Shown here in pieces: positions 51,859 through 60,996 of a stretch of 64,000 nt of DNA. Made by a program: the position numbers and the translations under genes. The notes beneath the pieces are model-generated. The model saw only the letters and a list, made by a program, of their open reading frames with translations, was not told the DNA's origin and made no database searches. How positions within the stretch are numbered: position 1 is the first letter of the stretch; each line of letters opens with the position of its first letter. Source of the stretch: a virus (lineage: Duplodnaviria; Caudoviricetes); IMG/VR virus record IMGVR_UViG_3300031867_000010, positions 1-64,000 of that record; one strand, 5' to 3'.

Positions 51859-53496
51859 ATGGCTGATTTTAATGAATTATATAATCTTATAAATACATAT
51901 AAAGAATCATATGGGGGGGGGGTATATAATTACTCCTTAGATTATTATACAGAATCTCAATATACTCCTAATGATATTAAACCTTTATTATCTAGTATAA
52001 AACAGATAAATAGTGAGTATAATAGTGCTAGACGTCATAAGAATAAGTCATTAGGTATGAAGTGTATTTCACTTATGTCTAATACTATTAATAACTTAAG
52101 TAGTATGGTTAATTCTATGACAGCAGATGATTTCTCTGGTAATGGTTCTGCATTATTAACATCTATTACTACAGTACTTGGTGGTATAGGTGGAAGTATA
52201 ATAGGTAATATAATAGGTAATAAAAATGTTAATAGTGTTAAAGAAAGTACATATGATAATTATTGGTATGATTATTATATTGAAAAGTTTAATCCTGAAG
52301 GTAAAGCAGATAGTGAATTAAGTGAAGAAGAACTTAAAGCATCATATGCTAAAGATAGAGAAGCTAGTCCACAAAAGGGAAAGAATAAGTATGGTGATAT
52401 TAGAGTAAAATTTGGTAAAAAAGATAAGATGATATATACAAACAAATACCCTGAAGGGAAAAAGTTTTCAGAAATGAAGTTCTTTAGTAATTTTAAGGAC
52501 GATGGTGAAGATGAAAGCGATGATAAAAATACAAGACGTGTAGTTGATAATACTTTAAGACGAGCAAGTAGTGATGGAAAGCCTCGTCAATTAACTGACT
52601 CGCAGATGAAGGCTCAGAAATCAAGATACACATATGATATTGATCCTAATACAGGTAAGAAAATAAATGTTAGAAAACAAGAAGAGTCAAAACGTCAAAG
52701 AAGTCACCCATTAAAAAATGAAGATGATCGTAAAGCATTTGGTTTGTTAATGAATAAAATTTATAAGAATGGTAATGAATTGGCTAAACAACAGGGTGGC
52801 AGTGGAGATGCTTTTGAATTAGGAATCACGACTTTATCACATGATGAGCTGAAATCTCTCAACAATTATTATCAAAACGTACCTTTAAAGACTGACTCAA
52901 ATTTCTTTGGTAGGTTTATAAGTAAAAATAAAGAAACGGATAATAGAAAAAGTAAAAAAGAAATTAGAAAAAATAATAAAAAAAATAATACAAATCAGAA
53001 AAATATTAAAGTAAATACTTATGAGGATAAAGATAACCAAGTAAAACTACGAAATGGCATTATTAAATATGAAATTGAAAGGCGTTTAAAGAACGATATT
53101 GATAATGAATATGCTGATATGGATCCTAGTCGTAGTCATGATGAAGATAAACCACAATATAAGGAACAACCTAATCAAGAACCAATAGGTAATGTTACTA
53201 ATAATACTACTAATAATGAAGATCAAGAACCTATTGGTAATGCTACTAATAATGCTAATAATAATAAAAATACTAATAGTAAAAAGAAGTTTAATGGTAA
53301 AGATCTTAAAGGTAAGATTAATCTTAAAGGTACTGCTATTGGAGGTACTGTAGGTGCTGGTATAGGTGCTGGTATAGGATATGGATTAAGTAAAGCTAAT
53401 GTAAATGGTAAGATAGCTTTTGCTAGAGTAAAGAATGCTATAAAGAATGCTAAGAAAAGATTAAGTATAATGCAAAGAGAAGTAGCTAGTTGGTAA
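51859..53496 (+). CDS. MADFN-family paralogue 8 (in frame with G10 tract at 51913-51922)
   Basis: YGGGVYNYSLDYYTES leader, N and C cassettes intact. Confidence 0.9.
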   Translation: MADFNELYNLINTYKESYGGGVYNYSLDYYTESQYTPNDIKPLLSSIKQINSEYNSARRHKNKSLGMKCISLMSNTINNLSSMVNSMTADDFSGNGSALLTSITTVLGGIGGSIIGNIIGNKNVNSVKESTYDNYWYDYYIEKFNPEGKADSELSEEELKASYAKDREASPQKGKNKYGDIRVKFGKKDKMIYTNKYPEGKKFSEMKFFSNFKDDGEDESDDKNTRRVVDNTLRRASSDGKPRQLTDSQMKAQKSRYTYDIDPNTGKKINVRKQEESKRQRSHPLKNEDDRKAFGLLMNKIYKNGNELAKQQGGSGDAFELGITTLSHDELKSLNNYYQNVPLKTDSNFFGRFISKNKETDNRKSKKEIRKNNKKNNTNQKNIKVNTYEDKDNQVKLRNGIIKYEIERRLKNDIDNEYADMDPSRSHDEDKPQYKEQPNQEPIGNVTNNTTNNEDQEPIGNATNNANNNKNTNSKKKFNGKDLKGKINLKGTAIGGTVGAGIGAGIGYGLSKANVNGKIAFARVKNAIKNAKKRLSIMQREVASW

Positions 53497-53564
53497 AAAA
53501 TTATAAAATTTTATAATTTTACATTTTATATAATAAATTTATTATATGAAAGGAATAATTACTT

Positions 53565-53867
53565 ATGGAAAATAATAATACTCCAGTAATACCAGAAGGT
53601 TCTAAACTTATAAATGTTATTGTATATGAGCCTGAGACAATTAAGAAGATTCTTTCAGATCTTTATCAACTTTCAGTTCAAGGAGTTGATAATGCTAAGT
53701 TATATATCAGAATTATAGATACTTTGATAGATGGAGGTTATGAGCAACAAGCACTTGTTGTAAATAATGACGGTACTCCAGATGAAGTTTCAAAAACTAA
53801 TAATGAAGAAGTATCAAGTGAAAGTATAAAAACTGATGAGACTTCGGAACCTACTATAAATGAATAA
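53565..53867 (+). CDS. Hypothetical protein
   Basis: AAAGGA RBS, 100 aa. Confidence 0.75.
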   Translation: MENNNTPVIPEGSKLINVIVYEPETIKKILSDLYQLSVQGVDNAKLYIRIIDTLIDGGYEQQALVVNNDGTPDEVSKTNNEEVSSESIKTDETSEPTINE

Positions 53868-53880
53868 TGAATATAAATAA

Positions 53881-53918
53881 AAAAAATACATACATGCTTT
53901 AAGCATGTATGTATTTTT
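53881..53918. terminator. Bidirectional terminator
   Basis: AAAAATACATACATGCTT/AAGCATGTATGTATTTTT inverted repeat. Confidence 0.75.
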
Positions 53919-53929
53919 TAACCATTAAT

Positions 53930-56356
53930 TTATTTAATTACCACGGATACTACAATATCTGATTTGTTGAGTTTTATCAACTTCTCAGCTTCAGCTATTC
54001 TTGACTTAAGAGGTATCTCAGATATTTTTAAGGTTTCTTTATCACCCTTCTTTTTATAAACTACAATCTCATTATCATCTGAAACGCTCTTTACTGCAAA
54101 TACTTCATCATTGTCAAAAATATTAGTTATTACCATAGGCTCATCTTTCTTACTCATTACTGGGAAATATTTAAGTTCCGTGAGCTTTATTTTGCCTTTC
54201 AAAGTAACAACTACAAGATACTTGTCAGTTGGAAGTATTGAAGTAGAACCAATGATATGCTCTCTTGGTCTAATAGTAACCATTCTACTTCCTTTGCTAG
54301 TAGGTTGCTGAAGTGGTATATCTAACGGAGATAATCTAACCCCATCTCCAAAATTTGTAAACATAATTAGTTCTTTACTTTCAACATTTAATGCTCCAGC
54401 AACAACTAACTCATCACCTTCATTTAATGTAATTACTGTAGCATCACCACTGGTACCAATAGCTTTTAATAAGCTAGTTGCAGATACTCTTTTAGCAAAC
54501 CCATTTCTAGTAACACACATATACTCAATCTTATCTCCCATCTGAGAAGATTTAGGTGCGATACTTGCTGATATAATATCTTTACCATCTAGTCCTTTAA
54601 TATATTTATCTATCAAAAGACCATTGTTCTTTACTTTTATCGTTGGTAGTTTTCTAACAGCAAGTAAATGTACATTACCTTCTCTATCGAATAGAAGAAT
54701 GGAATCATTTTCTCTTACAGATATTACCATAGATTTTTCATTTTTGGGATCTTTAGAGATTGGTCCCATATTTCCTTTTGCGTCAGCTAAGTCAATCTTT
54801 TTGATATAACCATCGGATGATATACCGACTACAACATCTTTATCTTCTATCTTTTTCTCACCAGATATAATACTAGACTTTCTAGGAACTCCATATTTTC
54901 TAATTCCTTCTTCTAGTTCTTTGATTATCTCTTTATCTATTTTAGATTCAGATTCTAATATATCTTGGATATGATTTAGTCTTTCTGTTATTTTATCATA
55001 CTCTTCTTTAAACTTAGCCTTTGAATCTTTAAGATAATCCGATGTTCTTATATCGCTAACAGCCTTTGCTTGTAGTGAGGTTATATCATATTTCTTCATA
55101 ACTTTATCTACAAACTCATTCATATCATTAGATGATTTTGATAATAATGTTATTTCATCAGATTTATGTCCTTCTTGCATCATTATTTTTGCTTTAAGAA
55201 TATGCTGTTTATCTAGTAACTTAGCAAATTCATTATTGTAAGAAGATCTTTTAACATCTCTTCTAAAGTTAATCCATTCGAGTAGTACTCTCCTTACAGA
55301 ATATTCATCTGACCTAAAATCTTTAATAAGAGTAATCTGCATAGGATTAGTCTTTCTAAGAGTTGTCTTAGATTTAAATAACTTCTCTAATGCTTCTTCT
55401 GGGTTTACATTAGCTTGCAAATGGATCTCTAGCAACACTCCATTATTGTCAGTAGTTCTATCCTGGACATCTTTAATCATGTCCTTATTATGACTATCAT
55501 CCATTTTTCCTTTAAGTCTTAATGCGGTTATATTGTCTACAATCTGACCTGTGGTAGTTTGCATTGGTATTGATTTAAATGTGATTATGTTATTAATATA
55601 ATCAATATCATAACTGCTTTGCATTTGAATCTTACCTATACCATTCTCAAATATATCCTTAGCTTCCTTCTTAGTCATTATTAAATCACAACCAGAAGGA
55701 AGATCAGGATAAATCAAAACTTTAGCATCAGGGTCTTTCATTAGTGCTATAGTTGTTTCACAAACTTCTTTAAAATTAAATGGCGGTACATTTGAAGAAT
55801 AAGCGTATCCTATACTAGCAAAACCACCATTTATAATACATACTGGATATTTTGCTGGAAGATAGTCAGGTTCTTCTTCCTCTCCAGTATATGCAAGTCT
55901 TGTGTCTACATTGCTATTCTCATAATCTTCAAAATAGCAGTCATATGCGAAATCACTCATGCATACATCCAAGTAACGTGGTGCTGCTGGGGCATCCCCT
56001 TTAATAGAGCCATTATTTCCGTCTGTGTGAATCAAAGGTACATTATTTACCCAATCTTGACTCATACCAATAATAACATCAGAGATTGAAGCATCACCAT
56101 GCGGATGAAAGCTTACTGCATTTGTTGAAGCTTTTGAAAGCTTTAGCATTTTTCCATGATACCTCTTGTCGAGGTAGAGCCCATAAAGAGCCCTCCTCTC
56201 AACAGGTTTAAGTCCATCAACTAATGATGCAAAACATCTATAAAGATTTTTATTTGCACCATATATTTTTTGCCATTCAGTAACTTTTTCGCTTATATTA
56301 CTTTCAATTATAGTTTCCCTAAAACTACTAGGGTCTGTCTTTTTTTCTTTTGACAT
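53930..56356 (-). CDS. gyrA: Type IIA topoisomerase subunit A (GyrA/ParC)
   Basis: DGLKPVERR, HPHGD, AAPRY (catalytic Tyr) and C-terminal pinwheel repeats. No clear GyrA-box. Confidence 0.93.
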   Translation of the reverse strand: MSKEKKTDPSSFRETIIESNISEKVTEWQKIYGANKNLYRCFASLVDGLKPVERRALYGLYLDKRYHGKMLKLSKASTNAVSFHPHGDASISDVIIGMSQDWVNNVPLIHTDGNNGSIKGDAPAAPRYLDVCMSDFAYDCYFEDYENSNVDTRLAYTGEEEEPDYLPAKYPVCIINGGFASIGYAYSSNVPPFNFKEVCETTIALMKDPDAKVLIYPDLPSGCDLIMTKKEAKDIFENGIGKIQMQSSYDIDYINNIITFKSIPMQTTTGQIVDNITALRLKGKMDDSHNKDMIKDVQDRTTDNNGVLLEIHLQANVNPEEALEKLFKSKTTLRKTNPMQITLIKDFRSDEYSVRRVLLEWINFRRDVKRSSYNNEFAKLLDKQHILKAKIMMQEGHKSDEITLLSKSSNDMNEFVDKVMKKYDITSLQAKAVSDIRTSDYLKDSKAKFKEEYDKITERLNHIQDILESESKIDKEIIKELEEGIRKYGVPRKSSIISGEKKIEDKDVVVGISSDGYIKKIDLADAKGNMGPISKDPKNEKSMVISVRENDSILLFDREGNVHLLAVRKLPTIKVKNNGLLIDKYIKGLDGKDIISASIAPKSSQMGDKIEYMCVTRNGFAKRVSATSLLKAIGTSGDATVITLNEGDELVVAGALNVESKELIMFTNFGDGVRLSPLDIPLQQPTSKGSRMVTIRPREHIIGSTSILPTDKYLVVVTLKGKIKLTELKYFPVMSKKDEPMVITNIFDNDEVFAVKSVSDDNEIVVYKKKGDKETLKISEIPLKSRIAEAEKLIKLNKSDIVVSVVIK

Positions 56357-56368
56357 ATTCCCTCCTTT

Positions 56369-58521
56369 CTAGTTATCAAGATCATCTGGGTCGATCCTGA
56401 ACTCTTTCATCATTTTCTTTCTAGCTTTTTTATCATGCTCAGTAGTCCCATGAAGCATATCGAATGTCTTTAGTTCTTTCTTCAAATCATTCATAGTAAG
56501 TCTTATTAAAACTCTACTATCTGGATCGAGTGTAGTATTATATAAATCCATAGGTGACATTTCACCAAGTCCCTTAAATCTGCTTCCAATCTTCGGAACA
56601 TACTTACTATACATCTCAGCGAATTCTCCTATAGAAAATCTGGAATAATCATTTGAATTACTTCCCTTTTCATTTACCATAATATAGTATCCATACTTTC
56701 TATACACATCAAATAATATATAAATCTTATCAATAAATACATTATCCAATTTTAAAAGTATTGCATGACCACTTGTAACACCTGTAAGAGCATTTTCATT
56801 CTCATCATATTTAATCTCTGGATATACTTCTTGAATAAATGAAACAAATCTCTTTATCTCATTTTGATTCTTTAAAATAAATCCTTGATTAGATTCATAG
56901 ATGTCATCGGGTCTTCTAAATTTAAATACTATATAAGCAGCTATTCTTTCTATTAAGAACTTATCAACTCTAACATGCTTAGAAATTGATATTAGATTTG
57001 ATAAATAATCAGCAGTATCAAATAAGTATTCTTTAAATTCTTCTTTTGTTATCTTCTCTTCAAAAATCTTTATATTATAATTCTTAATAACCTTTTCTTG
57101 ATATAAATCAACATATTCTTTCTTATCATGAATGAAGTTATTTTTCTTTCCTTCTTGAATACTATAAAGAGGTGGCAATGCTTTATAAAGCTTTCCAGCC
57201 TTTACCACTTCAGGAAGGCATTTTATAAAGAACGCTGAAATAGCTGATGTAATCCCATGACCATCAATATCAGCATCTGTAAGAATTATTATCTTATCAA
57301 AGTACAACTTATCCAAGTCAAAACTTTTTCCAAATCCACATCTTAAAATCTTTACAAAGTTCCTCCATTCTTTATTACCAGTATCTGGATTCATCATATC
57401 TGTAATAGATTTCTTATATGGATTAGCAGTCATTCCTCTGACTGCATAGAAAGCTTGAAAATCTGGATTTCTTCTTCTTGATGCAGAGCCCTTAGCCGAG
57501 TCTCCTTCGACTATAAAGATTTCTCTATAATCATTTTTACCAGTATTGAAACATCTATCGTAGTTCGGAATGAGTTGTTCCTTCAATGGAGTCATTGACT
57601 CTTTTGTAGAAGCAACTCTAGCTTTAGTTGATTCAATTCTTGCTTTAGCATTCATCTTGACTATTTTTATAGCAGACTTTAATTTATCTTGATTATTATT
57701 AAAATAATCACTAATTTCTTTTGTTGCACCAGCAAGTATTATATCGTAAAGGAGCTGTGAATTAATTTTTTCCTTTACATTACCCTGAAATTCCACATTA
57801 GCATTTGTAGATAAATAAACTACAAGTTTTAATCCAGCACGAATATCATTCCAAAGAATATCAATCTTTTCTTTCTCTTTCTCACTCATACTGTCCTTTG
57901 TAGCTTTTTGTAAGAAATTACAGAAAGCTTTTTCAACGGCATCTAAATGAACTCCACCTTCTGATGTATTTGTGAAGTTACAATAAGAATCATAGGTATT
58001 TTCAAATGCATCATCATATGCAAACATAATACCATATTTTGCCATTCTATGCTTTACTACTGTATCAGATTTTACTGATGGATCTGTGTTAATTACAGTC
58101 TCATCAAACAAATCTTCATGAGTTAAATGAACTGGTTCAAAATTAACCTGTTCAGAAAGCATTTCTTTTATCAATCCTATTTCATCTTGCTTAGTATAAG
58201 TTTCTTCTGATATAACCTTGAAACCATCCATTATAGTAAGATTTATAGTAGTACCTTCGTTTATAAAGTAACTGATCTGGTCAACCCATTCCTCAATCTT
58301 ATCAGTAGGAATATAGGTTTTTGCACCAAGATATTTTTTACTCGGAATCATCTTTGTTATTAAGCCATGCTTCTTTCCCTTTTTGCTTAATGAAGTCTTT
58401 TCATCTGATATTTTAACGCCTTCATTAAATACAAGCTTATGAACATATCCCTCACTTTCTCTGTAAGAAGATACTTCAAATACTTCGCTTAATGCATTAC
58501 AAGCGGTAGCTCCGAGACCAA
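56369..58521 (-). CDS. gyrB: Type IIA topoisomerase subunit B (GyrB/ParE), exon 2
   Basis: (F)GLGATACNALS, EGGVH, IVEGDSA, TDADIDG, RFKGLGEM. In frame with ORF 56369-58351. Spliced product 825 aa. Confidence 0.93.
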
Positions 58522-58833
58522 CGGTAATACCTTATATCTCTATAAAGCCTAGACTATATCTTCATCTTTATATTCTGTTACCAAATATAAAGAGCCTCCC
58601 ATTTCCATTAGTTAAATACTAATGTACTCTACTTACTTCTTCACCTAAGTATTTCTCTTAAGCTATGCTTTCGATAGTCGTTGAACCTTACCTAAATAAA
58701 TATTTAGGTCTTGGCTGCTGATTGACTCTATTCATTGAATTATTACACTTTGGTATCAATGACCTAACAAGTTCGTCCCAGCAATTAAAGAGGTTTCCTA
58801 AAACACATTACTGTGTTTGAGAGCTTGTTATCA
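58522..58833 (-). ncRNA. Group I intron (312 nt, no ORF) in gyrB
   Basis: P1 GAGAGU/GCUCUC with U.G, P10 CAA/UUG, R UCAACGACUA, S AAGAUAUAGUCU and terminal G. Removal gives GAG T|TT GGT, i.e. SGEFGLG in the ATP lid. Confidence 0.93.
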
Positions 58834-59158
58834 ACTCTCCACTAGATGTGGTGTTTGCTTCACGCATAAATTTTGATCCTGACTGTATCTTTGTAAAACA
58901 AATATCAAGAGGATAATTTATCTCACTAATTCCTCTTCCATTATCTTCTACAGTCATTGAATCTTCTAATTTATCACATACAATATTGACTGTATCACCA
59001 TTACTATTATTATCCTCAACTTCATCTATTGAGTTTTGGATAATTTCTTTACAAAGGTGGAATGCTCCACCTGGACCATATGCTTTGAGGTAAAGATTGG
59101 TTTTTAACTGTATCTTTTTAATGTCATCCTCAAAATACATAATGACTGAATCTTTCAT
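58834..59158 (-). CDS. gyrB: Type IIA topoisomerase subunit B, exon 1
   Basis: EIIQNSIDE, VEDNGRGI and SGSKF GHKL motifs. Confidence 0.93.
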
Positions 59159-59368
59159 GTCATTTCTCCTTTCTCAAATTATTTCAATTTTATAATATAC
59201 AATCATAAGAAATTTCAAATAGATTCATTTATATAATTATATGTTAATCAAAAAATTTAATGTTATTGTTATCACCCTAAGGATAAAAAAGAAAGATAGG
59301 ATTATAACTAATCCTATCTTTCTCATACAATAACTAACACAAATTAAATTGAATTAAATTTTTTTCAC

Positions 59369-59878
59369 CTAGTGTCTTCTCCAGCCACCCAATGAAGAAT
59401 TGTACTTATCTCCACCACCGCTGGATTTCTTTTTCTTAACGCTTTCTTTCTTCTTCACAACCTTAGCAATCTTGTTATAGTTGTTAGGAAATACCATCAG
59501 CATTGAGCCAAGTTCTGAACCATACTTAACTGCTTCGGCACCTGCATTACTTGCAACTGCTAAATACTTGTACTGGTTTACAAATGGCAATATTGTTTCC
59601 TCAATTTCTTTCTTCATTTTATCCTTTGTAAGAATTTCACCGCCCCACTCATACTTGCACATTCTGCACTTGCATGTCCTGCCATCAGGATTCCATACTG
59701 TCGGCTTAAGTTTGCCTTTGCTGTTCTGAGTATGATGAATACATGCACCAAGTAATATTAAGGTTTCCCTCTTGTTATTACCTTTAATCTTACCATGCTT
59801 TGTCAAATGGTCTTGTATCACACCCATTATGTTTTTGCTTGCAGAATCAATTTTGTAAGGTTTCTTTTTGTCTTTCAT
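59369..59878 (-). CDS. Basic hypothetical protein with possible Zn site (CxH...CxCxxC)
   Basis: AGGAGG RBS. Early motif at 59932-59939. Confidence 0.75.
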   Translation of the reverse strand: MKDKKKPYKIDSASKNIMGVIQDHLTKHGKIKGNNKRETLILLGACIHHTQNSKGKLKPTVWNPDGRTCKCRMCKYEWGGEILTKDKMKKEIEETILPFVNQYKYLAVASNAGAEAVKYGSELGSMLMVFPNNYNKIAKVVKKKESVKKKKSSGGGDKYNSSLGGWRRH

Positions 59879-59956
59879 ATTTATTCCTCCTATTATAAAA
59901 GTTATAGCATCTGTCTATGCTATACTTATCTATAATATACTACTCAAATTAAATTT

Positions 59957-60952
59957 TTAATTTGACTTAATGCAGTTTATATACTTATGAGCTTCTAAAT
60001 CTAATTTACTTCTAAATACATATAATAGTTTTAAATCATTTATAATTTTATTTCTAAGTCTGCAATCTAAAAATGTTACTGCTCTTATATTTCTCTTATG
60101 AAATTCTTTTTTAACAGATTCATATTTATCGTTTTCTATAATATATCCTTCTTCATCAACATCAAGTGGATATACATATACACATTTATCATTATTAGGT
60201 TTCTGTACATTTAGTATATTATCACTCAGTTTATGTGTACAAACAAATGTATTTACATCAGAATCCTTGGTACTAGATGGAACAACAACTATTGGTGTAA
60301 GTAAGAACTTACTTGATATACTGAACCTATTTTTGATATTCATTTCACTAATTCTCTTTTTAATATTTACAAGCTCTTCTATAGTATCAGCTTTCTTAAT
60401 ATTAGTAAATGATACATTAAATTTGTTGTTATCATCTATTGTAATTCTACAATGCTTGTATGATTCACCTTCACCAACATCAGCAGAAAAAACCAATTTT
60501 TGTGCTACAGAATAATCTACAAGAATAAAGCACCCTATATAATTTTGAGATGAAAATGTAGATATCATCTCTCCACAAAATGCAGAAACATAAGATCTCA
60601 AATAATTATAGTATCTCGTGTCTATTGTTACTATGAGAAGTTGTTTTTCAGATTCATCATCAGCTTTTTCAAAAAATTTAGGATTCATATTTCTTCCATC
60701 CACTTTAATGGAATTAAGGGATGGTAGATCAAAATCTTGAATACAGATTCCGTTATCATAATTAAAGCTAATATCATTTACATTAATTTCTTTAAGATCA
60801 TCTGGGATTGTTTTTCCTATCTTAATTTTCTGCTGTATTTCATCATTAAGTGATTGCAAGTAATACACATTGTTGTCTTGTTTAACCCCCCATTCAAAAG
60901 ATGGGAGGCTTTTTTCATCTTGTGTAGTAAGTAAAACATTAAAAACTCTCAT
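59957..60952 (-). CDS. Hypothetical protein
   Basis: AGGAGG RBS, 331 aa. Confidence 0.8.
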   Translation of the reverse strand: MRVFNVLLTTQDEKSLPSFEWGVKQDNNVYYLQSLNDEIQQKIKIGKTIPDDLKEINVNDISFNYDNGICIQDFDLPSLNSIKVDGRNMNPKFFEKADDESEKQLLIVTIDTRYYNYLRSYVSAFCGEMISTFSSQNYIGCFILVDYSVAQKLVFSADVGEGESYKHCRITIDDNNKFNVSFTNIKKADTIEELVNIKKRISEMNIKNRFSISSKFLLTPIVVVPSSTKDSDVNTFVCTHKLSDNILNVQKPNNDKCVYVYPLDVDEEGYIIENDKYESVKKEFHKRNIRAVTFLDCRLRNKIINDLKLLYVFRSKLDLEAHKYINCIKSN

Positions 60953-60996
60953 TTAAAAAGCCTCCTGTTTAAAGCATATTATTTCATTTTTTTTTA

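Noticed and set aside
27662-53496. Diversity-generating retroelement
   Set aside because: No reverse transcriptase in the window, and differences between repeat copies are not adenine-specific
32186-53500. MADFN cassettes as IS elements or transposons
   Set aside because: No transposase, terminal inverted repeats or target-site duplications seen
56369-59158. gyrB as two separate genes or a pseudogene
   Set aside because: Removing the 58522-58833 group I intron gives one continuous 825-aa frame with SGEFGLG restored
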